A DNA stretch of 64,000 nt from Fimicolochytrium jonesii (lineage: Eukaryota), in assembly GCF_025526975.1 (NCBI RefSeq), contig NW_026515687.1, positions 186,001-250,000 on the forward strand. Direction: 5' to 3'. Numbering within the stretch: the stretch's first letter is position 1; each line of letters opens with the position of its first letter. Below are positions 37,668 to 47,919 of this stretch, one piece after another. The notes under the pieces are model-generated. The model was not told the origin of the DNA, searched no databases, and saw only the letters and a program-made list of their open reading frames with translations. The position numbers and the translations under genes were made by a program.

Positions 37668-39242
37668 ATGACTACCCGACTGAAGCCCAGTTTTGAAGAA
37701 ATCAAAGGTTACGCCGCAAAGAAGACTGGGAACATCATTCCCGTTTTCCGTAGCATATCGGCTGACCTACTTACCCCAGTATCCGCGTATCTGCGTCTGT
37801 CCACCACATCCAACTACTCCTTCCTCTTTGAATCCGTTACCGGAGGGGAGAAAATTTCCCGATACTCCTTTCTCGGTGCCAACCCGTTCAAAGTCATCCG
37901 AACCGGCGACAACGAGAACATCAAGGGCGACCCACTGATCGTCATCGAAAGCGAATTGAACAGCGTAAAGTACGTGGACGTACCCGAATTGCCCGAGTTC
38001 ACCGGTGGTGCCATCGGATACATTTCATACGACTGTGTGCGATACTTTGAGCCCCGTACAGCTCGAGCCGACATTCGCGATCCGTTCGGAATTCCCGACT
38101 CTGTGCTTATGTTCTGCGACACCATTGTCATCTTTGACCATCTCCACCATCTGATCAAAGTGGTGAGTCATTTCCGAGTGGACAACACCGAAGGTCCCGC
38201 AGACGAAGACTCCTTCGAGCGAGAGTATCAACGCGTCACGTCAGAGATCGAGAAAGTCGTTGAAATCCTGCGCGACGAGCACATCCCCACCCCAAACCAA
38301 CCCCCCATCATTCTGGGCGAGCAAGCCGAGTCGAACGTCGGACAGGCCGGCTACGAAAATTTCGTGCACAAACTGAAGCATCACATCAACGAAGGCGATA
38401 TCATCCAAGCCGTCCCATCCCAACGCATGAGGAAGAAGACAACCCTGCACCCCTTCAACGCCTACCGCACCCTCCGCAGCGTCAACCCTTCCCCCTACAT
38501 GTTCTACGTTGACGTGAAAGACTTCCAGATCGTCGGCGCATCACCGGAGATGCTCGTCAAAGTCGAGAAAGGAACCGTATATACCCACCCCATTGCGGGA
38601 ACACGCAAGCGCGGGAAGACACCGGCGGAAGACGAAGCCCTCGCCGCGGATTTACTCTCGGATATCAAGGAACGCTCCGAACATATCATGTTGGTCGATC
38701 TCGGCCGAAACGATGTCAACCGGATATGTGATCCCTCAACAGTGAAAGTCGATTCATTGATGCACATTGAGCGATACTCCCACGTCATGCATATCGTGTC
38801 CAACGTCTCTGGTCAGCTTCGTGAAGGGAAGACTCCCTACGACGCCTTCAGATCCATTTTCCCCGCCGGAACAGTTTCGGGTGCGCCGAAAGTCAAGGCC
38901 ATGGAACTCATCTACGAGCTCGAGCAAGAAAAACGCGGCATCTACGCTGGCGCCGTCGGCTATTTTGCATACTCTGGGGGTATGGATACCGCCATTGCGA
39001 TCCGAACGATGCTGTTCAAGGACGGGTTCGTCTACCTCCAAGCTGGAGCGGGAATTGTCTATGACTCTGTTGCGACCAGCGAATGGGAAGAAACCGTGAA
39101 TAAGCTGAAGTCGAACTTTACAGCGATTGAGACCGCTGAGGCGTACTACCAGACCCTCCAAGTGGAGAAGAAACCACACACGGCCATGCTCGAGCGCATG
39201 TGGTCTGACAACAACATCCAGAACCTCCACAGCGTCGGGTGA
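37668..39242 (+). CDS. TRP2: Anthranilate synthase component I, intronless
   Basis: DLLTPVSAYLRL, SFLFES, GDIIQAVPSQR, NPSPYMFY, GASPE, HPIAGTRKRG, EHIMLVDLGRND, FPAGTVSGAPK, QAGAGIV. Confidence 0.98.
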   Translation: MTTRLKPSFEEIKGYAAKKTGNIIPVFRSISADLLTPVSAYLRLSTTSNYSFLFESVTGGEKISRYSFLGANPFKVIRTGDNENIKGDPLIVIESELNSVKYVDVPELPEFTGGAIGYISYDCVRYFEPRTARADIRDPFGIPDSVLMFCDTIVIFDHLHHLIKVVSHFRVDNTEGPADEDSFEREYQRVTSEIEKVVEILRDEHIPTPNQPPIILGEQAESNVGQAGYENFVHKLKHHINEGDIIQAVPSQRMRKKTTLHPFNAYRTLRSVNPSPYMFYVDVKDFQIVGASPEMLVKVEKGTVYTHPIAGTRKRGKTPAEDEALAADLLSDIKERSEHIMLVDLGRNDVNRICDPSTVKVDSLMHIERYSHVMHIVSNVSGQLREGKTPYDAFRSIFPAGTVSGAPKVKAMELIYELEQEKRGIYAGAVGYFAYSGGMDTAIAIRTMLFKDGFVYLQAGAGIVYDSVATSEWEETVNKLKSNFTAIETAEAYYQTLQVEKKPHTAMLERMWSDNNIQNLHSVG

Positions 39243-39298
39243 TCATTGGAAAAAACAACGAAGAAACAAATCTACGCCAAAAAAGAAAATCGATCACA

Positions 39299-41779
39299 AT
39301 GACTACGCTACTAATCGATAACTACGACTCCTTCACCTGGAACGTCTACCAGTTCCTTTCCGAACTCGGCGCCGACGTGGTCGTGCACAGGAACGACCAG
39401 ATCACGCTGGAAGAATGTATCGCCCTCAACCCGCGCAACGTCGTCATCTCCCCCGGACCGGGCAAACCCAGCGACGCCGCCGTCTCCAATGACGTCATCC
39501 GTCATTTCGCTGGGAAGGTGCCCATCCTCGGTGTGTGTTTGGGCGAGCAATGCATGTACGAGATCTACGGAGGTGTAGTCACATACGCGGGTGAGATTGT
39601 GCATGGGAAGACGTCCCCGGTTAGACATGACGGTAGGGGCTTGTACGAGGGCGTGTTGCAGGATATTGAGTGTACGCGGTACCACTCCCTAGCCGGCGAT
39701 CCAAAGACGTTACCAGCGTCGTTGGAAATCACGAGCACGACGCCGAGTGGGCTGGTGATGGGTGTCAGGCACAAGGAATACATTATGGAAGGGGTGCAGT
39801 ACCACCCTGAGAGTATTGCGAGCGAATACGGAAAGCGGATGTTTGCTAATTTTCTGCGATGGGAGGGCGGCTTATGGAAGGACTTGAAGGTGGATGATAG
39901 CGCGGTCAAATGGGATGTCGTCAACGCGTCCATCGGGGCGGCTGCCGACACGGGGTCGTCCGCCGTGGGCGGGGGCATACCGTTGTCGAAGGTGTCGAAG
40001 ATGAACTCGACGGGTGCCGCCGCTTTCAAGGCGTCACAACCACCGGGCGGGAGCGGCGAAGGGATGCAAGTAGAACAGAAACCCGCCTCTCTCAAAGCCC
40101 AAAGCATCCTCGAGAAGATCCATGCCCAGCGGCTTCTCGACATCCAACACGCCTCGGCACAACCGGGACAGTCTATCCACCACCTTCAGCGATCCTTGGC
40201 GCTTGGACTCGCCCCGCCTCTGGTCGATTTCAGAGCGAGGGTATTGTCCGCCGCGCAGCCTGTCGCCGTCCTGGCCGAAATCAAGCGTGCTTCACCATCG
40301 AAAGGGGACATCAACATCACAGCCCACGCACCGACCCAAGCATTGGCATACGCGCACGCGGGCGCGGCGGTCATCTCGGTCCTCACCGAACCGAAATGGT
40401 TCAAAGGCTCCCTAGACGACATGCGACTCGTCCGACAAGCACTCGACACCCTTCCCACATCCATCGCCCGCCCCGCCGTGCTAAGAAAAGATTTTATCGT
40501 CGATCGGTACCAGATCCTGGAAGCACGGTTGAACGGCGCCGACACCCTCCTTCTGATCGTCGCGATCCTCACCGACGCCCAACTCACCGATCTCCTCGCG
40601 TATTCACGTACGCTTGGGATGGAACCGCTGGTGGAGGTGGCGAACGAGGAGGAAACCCGCCGGGCTGTTAACGTGGGCGCGACGGTTATTGGCGTCAACA
40701 ACAGGGATCTGCATACCTTTAACATGGATATGGACCGCACGAGCCGGTTGAGCACGCTTGTGCCTGACGGGATCGTTCTGATCGCCCTGAGCGGGATCGT
40801 GGGGAAGAAGGATGTGGATGTGTATGTTGCGGCGGGCGCGAAGGGGGTGTTGGTGGGTGAGGCCTTGATGCGGACGAAGGATAAGGGCGCGTTTATTGCT
40901 GGCTTGCTGGGTCGTGATGATACCCCTGTGGATCAATCGAGATTGGAGGTGGAAACGACCCGCCCGCTGGTCAAGATATGCGGAATCACCAATCTTGAGG
41001 ACGCCATCACCGCCACGAACGCGGGCGCCGACCTTCTAGGCCTCATATTCGCCCCGCAGAGCAAACGATATGTGAGCCCCGAAGACGCCCGGGTGATCGT
41101 CGACGGCGTGTTTGAACATTGTGGAGCGGAGGGATCCTCGTCTTCGCGAGAAGGCTGGGCATCGCGTGTGCCTCCGCTGCCCATCCCTGCACAGGGTACG
41201 AAGACCGCCGAGTGGCTCGGGGATGCCGCAAGACATATCCGGAGTTACGCCCATAAATCACCAAGAATGGAGGGGAAACGCAACCCACCTTTGATCGTCG
41301 GCGTCTTCGTCAACGCACCTCTTGACCAAATGCTCCGCATAATTCACACCGCCCATCTGGATATTGTCCAGTTCCACGGGCACGAACCGGCCCATCTTGC
41401 CTCGCTGCTGCCGTGTCCTGTTTTCAAGGCCGTTCATGTGCGAACGGAGGATACGGAGGCGGATGTCGCTGGCCGGTTGAAAAGGGATGAATGGGTAGGG
41501 ATGGCGGGCGTGTTACTGGATACCGCGGGCGCATCATCAACCCCTCACCACGGCGGCACAGGCACCCCCTTCGACCACTCCATTGCCACCGCCATCACGA
41601 AGCATCACGGGGTGCCGATTATACTCGCGGGCGGACTGACGGTGGAGAATGTGGCGGATGCGGTGAAGGGTGTGAAGCCGTGGTGTGTGGATGTGGCGAG
41701 TGGGGTTGAGAGGAGTAAGGGGAGGAAGGATGGGGGATTGGTGAGGGGGTTTGTGGGGGCGGTTAGGGGGGTGGAGTAA
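39299..41779 (+). CDS. trpC: Trifunctional anthranilate synthase component II / IGP synthase / PRA isomerase (fungal TrpG-C-F), intronless
   Basis: LIDNYDSFTWN, ISPGPG, GVCLGEQ and QYHPES (GATase). AEIKRASPSKG, SVLTE, LRKDF and GVNNRDL (IGPS). VKICGI, QFHGHE, LAGGL and DVASGVE (PRAI). Confidence 0.98.
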   Translation: MTTLLIDNYDSFTWNVYQFLSELGADVVVHRNDQITLEECIALNPRNVVISPGPGKPSDAAVSNDVIRHFAGKVPILGVCLGEQCMYEIYGGVVTYAGEIVHGKTSPVRHDGRGLYEGVLQDIECTRYHSLAGDPKTLPASLEITSTTPSGLVMGVRHKEYIMEGVQYHPESIASEYGKRMFANFLRWEGGLWKDLKVDDSAVKWDVVNASIGAAADTGSSAVGGGIPLSKVSKMNSTGAAAFKASQPPGGSGEGMQVEQKPASLKAQSILEKIHAQRLLDIQHASAQPGQSIHHLQRSLALGLAPPLVDFRARVLSAAQPVAVLAEIKRASPSKGDINITAHAPTQALAYAHAGAAVISVLTEPKWFKGSLDDMRLVRQALDTLPTSIARPAVLRKDFIVDRYQILEARLNGADTLLLIVAILTDAQLTDLLAYSRTLGMEPLVEVANEEETRRAVNVGATVIGVNNRDLHTFNMDMDRTSRLSTLVPDGIVLIALSGIVGKKDVDVYVAAGAKGVLVGEALMRTKDKGAFIAGLLGRDDTPVDQSRLEVETTRPLVKICGITNLEDAITATNAGADLLGLIFAPQSKRYVSPEDARVIVDGVFEHCGAEGSSSSREGWASRVPPLPIPAQGTKTAEWLGDAARHIRSYAHKSPRMEGKRNPPLIVGVFVNAPLDQMLRIIHTAHLDIVQFHGHEPAHLASLLPCPVFKAVHVRTEDTEADVAGRLKRDEWVGMAGVLLDTAGASSTPHHGGTGTPFDHSIATAITKHHGVPIILAGGLTVENVADAVKGVKPWCVDVASGVERSKGRKDGGLVRGFVGAVRGVE

Positions 41780-41880
41780 TATTTTTGTCGTATATGTTTG
41801 GGTACCAATCTGGATTTGCATTTTTCACACAAACGGGATCAAGGACTTTGCTTGGGTTCCTTCACTGGGGCGTCCGGATT

Positions 41881-43118
41881 ATGGCATCGTTATCCATTTT
41901 ATTGTTGGTGTCTCCGGTCACCTTCGTATGCAAAGGGCCTGGGCGGTCCAGCAACATTAGGCTAGCAGGTCCTTGCCATAAACGAACCATCACCGCTCTC
42001 CCCCATCCGGAAACAAGATCAGTCGTTGTGGGAGTTGCGGGAGGGATTTGCGTGAGAGCGTTCGATTTGCAAGTCCCTTTCCTTGAACTCGATCTGCAAC
42101 GCAACTGCCCAAAACAACATCATTATCGACTCAGCGACCCTTCACAATCGCACCCGCCCAACCTAGCTCTCTCCTAACCCACCATCTTCTCAGCACCCTT
42201 CAAACCATTCCATCCAATCAACATTCACCCTCTCGGTACGGCCACGCCCTCTACGCCCTCGGCGACCCCCACTCCCCATCCACTTCCATCCCCGCCCAAT
42301 GCGCCACCCTCGCCGCCTACGCGCTTGCCAACCGCGATACACGAATAGCGTTGTTGGTCGGTCGGGGGGTGGGTGAGGAGGGACGATGGTGGACTGCTGC
42401 TGGCGTGGGTGATCACCATGCCGAGATCAAGAACACGACCACGACGAATGATGACATGATGTATGTCCCAGTCGACATCTTCGGCGGGGCGTTCTCCACC
42501 CCCTCATCATCATCCGACCCGCCGCTCCATCTCTGGTTATCATTCACATCCCCCGCCGACCTCTCCCACATCCCAAGTGGGATTGTAGATACGATCGTGT
42601 TCGATTACTCGACGTGGCGGTATATGGTGTTGACGGAGGATGTTGTGGCTGCGTGGGGCAGGGTGTTGAGGGGGCGCGGGAGGGTTGTGTTTGAGGCTGG
42701 GGTTGCGGGGGTGAGGGGGGGCGACGGGGGGTGGGAGTTTGATAACCCGACGCACGTTACTGTGGGTGATGTGGGGATGTATGAGCTGCTTTGTGGGATG
42801 TTTTGTAAGAGGGAGGGGAAGGGGAACGGTTGGGGTGGTCCTTTGGGGCGATTGGTGCCCAGCAAACGCAACGACCCCGCCACCACGGGGAAACCACCAC
42901 CGTTCAACACACGGACAGTCCTCCCAGCGCCACGACAGCCACACCCGCCGCATCCGCTGCTGGGATCGTTGCATGGGCAGTATAGGAGCATATTTACACT
43001 GGAGCGGGGCTTCAGCGATGTGTTATTGCACTCGCGGGCGGACGGGGAGGGATACCGGCCGTACCCGATTCGGACTCGTGGGTTTATTGGGGAGTGGTTT
43101 GAGGCTGTTAAAAAGTGA
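41881..43118 (+). CDS. Hypothetical protein with signal-peptide-like N-terminus and class I SAM-methyltransferase-like segments, 3 exons
   Basis: Frame-consistent introns 41926-41968 and 42052-42193. IALLVGRG, YVPVDI, IPSGIVDTIVFD and WGRVLRGRGRVVF resemble Rossmann MTase motifs. Confidence 0.5.
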
Positions 43119-43452
43119 AAGGAGTGGGTTCGGATGGGGTATCACAGAAAATGGCGTACGGAAAGACACTGGGAATGTGCTGTACATACATAGCTTTTGA
43201 TGTATGTATTCGGATGTTACGTGTTGAGTCATGGTACAAGTGAACAAACTGCATATATTCGATCCAAAAAAGGAGCACTGCTCCTTTCCAACCCATCGAG
43301 CGCATCTAACCTTTCCAAAAACTCACCGCAAACTAAGTGACCGAGTTTGGTGTACATTTGCCAAATCGTAAAACGTACAGCGCTCGGTCACCGATACGGA
43401 GCCGCCAGCGATATGTTGACAGCAAAGTTCCTTCCCTTACTCCTTCCCTCCC

Positions 43453-44346
43453 TCACGCCACACCCCTCCTCCCTGGCCGTCCCTTCTTCAGCTGCTGCAC
43501 AATCTCTGCCTGCCGTTCGTCCGTGCGTTTCAAGAAATCGACCTTCTCCAGGTACCCGTTCCTCCTGGCCCTGCTCAACTCATGCACGTCCCCCTGCGCC
43601 TCCACATGGCGTTTCCAGTCCATTTTGCTTTTTTCGAGGACGGTGAGCTTAGCGGCGTCTGCGAGGCCGTATTTTGCTGCGAGGGCGAGGAGGAAGGAGC
43701 GGCGGGGTCGGGGGGCGGTGGATGTGGGGGCGGGTGATACAGGGGGAGGTGCGGATCCAGTTGATTGTGGTGTGGGCGGTGGGGGTGGGCGGGATGGTGA
43801 TGGTGCTGCTGATGATGATGTAGTCCGGGATGCGGCTGTCCGAGGCTTCTGTTTTGATTCGACATTTCTTTAGTCCCACCGTCCCTGCACACCTCCGAAC
43901 AGCCTCGACATGAGTCAAAACGCACCATCGTAGCCGACGCATTCATCTCCCTCCAAAGCGCTTCAACGCGCCGCTTTCGCTCTTCTTCAGCGCGTTCGGT
44001 ATCGTTATTATCATCCCCTGTATCGCCCTCATCCTCGTTATCACCTATCCTCGTCTGCGGGAAAATGGACTCTATGTCAACCCCAACGAACACAATGCGT
44101 ATCGACCTTTTCCCGTTGACATCGCCTTACCCTCTTCCTCCCCCTCCCGCCCGCTCCTCCACTCCTCTTGCGTTTTGCCCCGTCACCCTCACCACCCTCA
44201 TAAACCTCCCGTTCGTCGTCGTCGCTAGATCCCGAGCCATCGTCGTCGTTGTCGTTATTGTCTGCGGCGTCGGGAATGAAGTCCTCGTCGCCGTCGTCGT
44301 CGTCGCTGGAGGAGGCGTAGGGTTGGGAGAGGATTGTTGCGGACAT
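43453..44346 (-). CDS. SWC5: BCNT-domain protein (Swc5/CFDP1), multi-exon
   Basis: Acidic N-terminus YASSSDDDDGDEDFIP, RVEALWREMN, BCNT motif KLTVLEKSKMDW...NGYLEKVDFLKRTDER. Confidence 0.88.
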
Positions 44347-44633
44347 GGTCGCCAAGGGTTGTTGTGTGTGGCTGGAGTGGCTGGGCGTTGAGGTGCTGGG
44401 GAGGGTTGTTCGTTTGGGCGCGTGCATTTCGCGCGGACTCACTCGATTCACTCTGCACTCAATCGGCACTCAATCGGCGCTTGCGGAGAGACTCCCCGCT
44501 CCACATTGCGGCATTCCCACAACGTGCACAGCATCGCATACATACTTGAAGACTCGGTTCTGCTTCAGCACTTGCGTTGGAGAGAGCATAAACACATCCT
44601 CACGCTCTGACTATTGCCCCCGTTCTATCCAAA

Positions 44634-46190
44634 ATGAGCAGTTTCGGAAGGTGAGCCTTCGGTTTCTCCGTCAACCCCATTTCTTCCGATAGTAATGTCG
44701 TTTACCGTTCTTTATAGCATATTCCGAGTCACGACCTTCGGGGAGTCCCACTGCAAAGCCGTCGGCGTGATAGTCGACGGTGTTCCGCCAGGTCTGGCGC
44801 TCACGGAGGAGGATGTTCAGATTCAGCTCAGTCGGAGACGACCGGGGCAGAGTGACCTGACGACGCCGGTGAGTCCCCGAGAGAGAAGCTATGCAAAGCG
44901 TTCCATCCAGGGATGGGCTGACTGACAACTCCCCTCTCTATTTCCCGCAGCGCGATGAAAAAGACAAAGTCTCCATCCTCTCCGGCACCGAGAAAGGCTA
45001 CACCCTCGGCACGCCCATCGGCATGATGGTCGCCAACCAAGACCAACGCCCCTACGACTACGGCGAGATGGATTTCTACCCTCGCCCGTCGCACGCCGAC
45101 TTCACCTACCTGCAAAAATACGGTCTGAAAGCCAGCAGCGGCGGCGGTCGGTCGTCCGCGCGCGAGACCATCGGGCGGGTCGCGGCGGCGGGGATCGCGG
45201 AGAAGTTCCTGCGCGTCTCGCATGGGGTGGAGATTGTGGCGTTTGTGTCGTCGATCGGGAACGTGAACATGGAGCCGATGACGGGGTATGGCGCGCCGGA
45301 GGAGGAGGCGGGGTGGTTGGCAAAGTGGAGGAGCTGGTGGGGTACGTTGAGGAGTATCAAGCGGGAGGATGTAGATAAGAACGACGTGCGGTGTCCCGAT
45401 GCTGCGATCGCTGAGAGGATGCGACAGCGCATCGTCGCCGCCCGTGACACCCACGACTCGATCGGGGGCAACGTCGTCTGCGTTATCCGCAACGTCCCCG
45501 CGGGCCTCGGCGAGCCGTGTTTCGATAAACTGGAGGCGAAACTCGCCCATGCTATGATGTCCATCCCCGCCACGAAAGGCTTTGAGATTGGGAGCGGGGC
45601 GGCGGGGACGGATATCCCCGGACACGTGCATAACGACCCGTTTGTGTTGAGGGATGGGAAGTTGGGGACCACGACCAACTTCTCGGGAGGTGTGCAGGTA
45701 AACCCGTTCCATTCCCCCCCCCCCCCCCCCCCCCCTCTTCTACGTTGTTCCATATCCGCTACACCGCACACACACTCACCCCCAATCGATATGATTGCAG
45801 GGCGGAATAACCAACGGCGAAGACATCTACTTCAAAGTCGCCTTCAAGCCCCCCGCAACCATCGGGCAATCCCAAGCCACCGCGACCTACGACGGCGTGC
45901 ACGGTAACCTCGCCGCCAAAGGCCGGCACGACCCCTGTGTGCTGCCGCGGGCGGTGCCGATCGTTGAGGCGATGGCTGCTTTGGTTGTTATGGAGTAAGT
46001 TTGGGGAATACGTAGATCGTTTGGGCGCTGATTCATCGGCTTATTGGTTTACTTTTCTCCCCTTAGCTCGCTGCTACAGCAACTCAGCCGTGAATCAGCT
46101 CGCGCACTCATCCCGGCTGAGATGCAAGCGCAGATCCCGCCGGTGCTGACGGGGAAGCTGGACCGCGTCACCGTCGCGCAGGTGTTGTGA
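44634..46190 (+). CDS. ARO2: Chorismate synthase, 5 exons
   Basis: [80 protein letters not shown]. Confidence 0.97.
45714..45735 (+). repeat. Poly-C tract (about 22 nt) in an ARO2 intron
   Basis: Direct reading. Confidence 0.9.
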
Positions 46191-46624
46191 GAAGACATCC
46201 GAAGATTTTTCGACGCCCCGCTTCCACTCCCCATCACTTTGTACCAATTTGGCGTATCCATGGCCCCCGAGCTCTCGCGTAGATTCATTATAATGATCAT
46301 TAGAAGAAGAAGATGAGGGGCTGGATTTGCGTGTAGAGACCTGTAGGCGCTACGAATCTTCACTATCTGTTCAGACCTTCTATGAGCCCTCAAAGCGGGT
46401 CTCATGTACATGTGTACACAGACACTGATCTGACTCCCGCGGGAAAACCAACAACGAAGAGACAATCGGCGACGTCCGTGACCGGGCTGACCCAGTTGAC
46501 GCAACACATGGGTATCGTGAGAAGCATAAATAGGGGTGAAGCGTGGACGGCGTCTGGGAGTGCGGTACATCTGCTACCTCCACTTTCAATGTTGGTGTGG
46601 TAGGGTTGGCCGTCAAATCATAAT

Positions 46625-47919
46625 CTAAACAGTCAACTCCTCATACGCCGGTATCCGCTCCTCCCAGTTCTTGTCGTGGTAATGGTGGAATTGGAACAGA
46701 ACCTACAAGGTAATCATGGGTAAGCGATGCGATCTGAAAGTGAGGCAAAAGTGGGATACGTGGTACGTACGACGAAATCCAAAAACATCGTCCCCAGACT
46801 TCCCAGCAGCCACGGGAGGTTGAGGACGATCCACCACGTTTCTGTTGATTCCAGGAAGATCGACTAACGAAAGTCCAGAATATCAGCATGGCGGTTTACG
46901 AAGGGCAGAGCAAGGGAACTTACGGCAGCAAAAGTAAGGTTTCCACACACGCTGAGAGCAAACATGAGAATGCTGAGCCCTTCGCAGCTGTGATTCTTGA
47001 AGTTGAGGAAGATTTGGGGGATTCGGGCTCCCACTGCAAAACAAAGGCGGGTCGAGTAACATCAGGAACCATCACTCAATCGACAACACGAGATGGAGTT
47101 GCAGACAACTTACTGTATAGTAAAGCAGAAGCATAACCCATCGAATCCGCCACCACCTTCATCGCGGGCGTCAACAACGTATGCTCGTCCACTTCACTCC
47201 CACTCCCATCTCCAAACACCCGCACATTCGCCGCAACATCGTACCCTCCCCCTACACCGCCCATCGCCGCACTCCGACCAAACAGATTCAAACACACGAC
47301 CCCCGCAATCGCAAGCAGCTGTACATTCTTCTGAGCTGTTGCCCGCGCATCAGACGGGGAGATGAGGGGTGTTTGTTCTGTGGCGGGGAGTTTGGGGGAG
47401 GTAGGTGCTGATGGGGTTGATTTGGGTGGGGAGGAGGAGGAGGGGTGGTAGAGGTAGACTTGGTAGAGGAGGGCGATTTCCACGGCTGCGTAGTAGAAGC
47501 CTACGCATATCTGATGGGGAGGAGGATATCAACATGTTCAGCAATATGCGTTATCAACGGTTCCGAGCTCTGGAAATAGCAACTTCGCTCTTTCCCAGCT
47601 TCTCCTCGAAAGTTGGGATATCCCGCCTACTCACCACAGTCCAAAGTAGCTGATTCATAATCGCCCCCGCAACACTAAACACGTCCCCAATCAGCCACAT
47701 CGCAACAAACCCCACCGACAGGCCTGCCGTCGACTTGCGCCTGTAGTTCTCATACAGTTGCCTGCAAGAAAGAAAGTTCGCATGGGTTACTCCCCGTCCT
47801 GGTAAATGGCCGTCACGGGTCCCTTCGGAACATAGTGACGCAAAGACTTACGGGGCAAAGACGCAGAGCCAGCATGCTAGGCTGGTGTAGCCTGCTATTT
47901 GGGATGACAGGGTCGGCAT
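46625..47919 (-). CDS. PQ-loop transporter (Ypq/PQLC2-like vacuolar amino acid transporter), multi-exon
   Basis: GYTSLACWLCVFAP|QLYENYRRKSTAGLS...WLIGD, second repeat RIPQIFLNFKNHSCEGLS, PWLLGSLGTMFLD, dileucine signal EQTPLI. Confidence 0.88.

Noticed and set aside
39170..39242. TnaC-like arrest peptide in the TRP2 tail (Trp followed by 12 residues, then UGA)
   Set aside because: Spacing matches TnaC, but the key Asp and terminal Pro are absent. Insufficient without conservation data.
39243..39298. Canonical -1 frameshift heptamer in the spacer A-runs
   Set aside because: The A-runs lie after the TRP2 stop, AAAAAAC is not phased as X XXY YYZ in the TRP2 frame, and no obvious downstream structure was seen.
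37668..41779. Recently transferred bacterial trp operon
   Set aside because: The G-C-F fusion without trpD and the sequence motifs look fungal, codon style matches neighbours, and no Shine-Dalgarno is evident. A phylogeny is still needed to exclude it fully.
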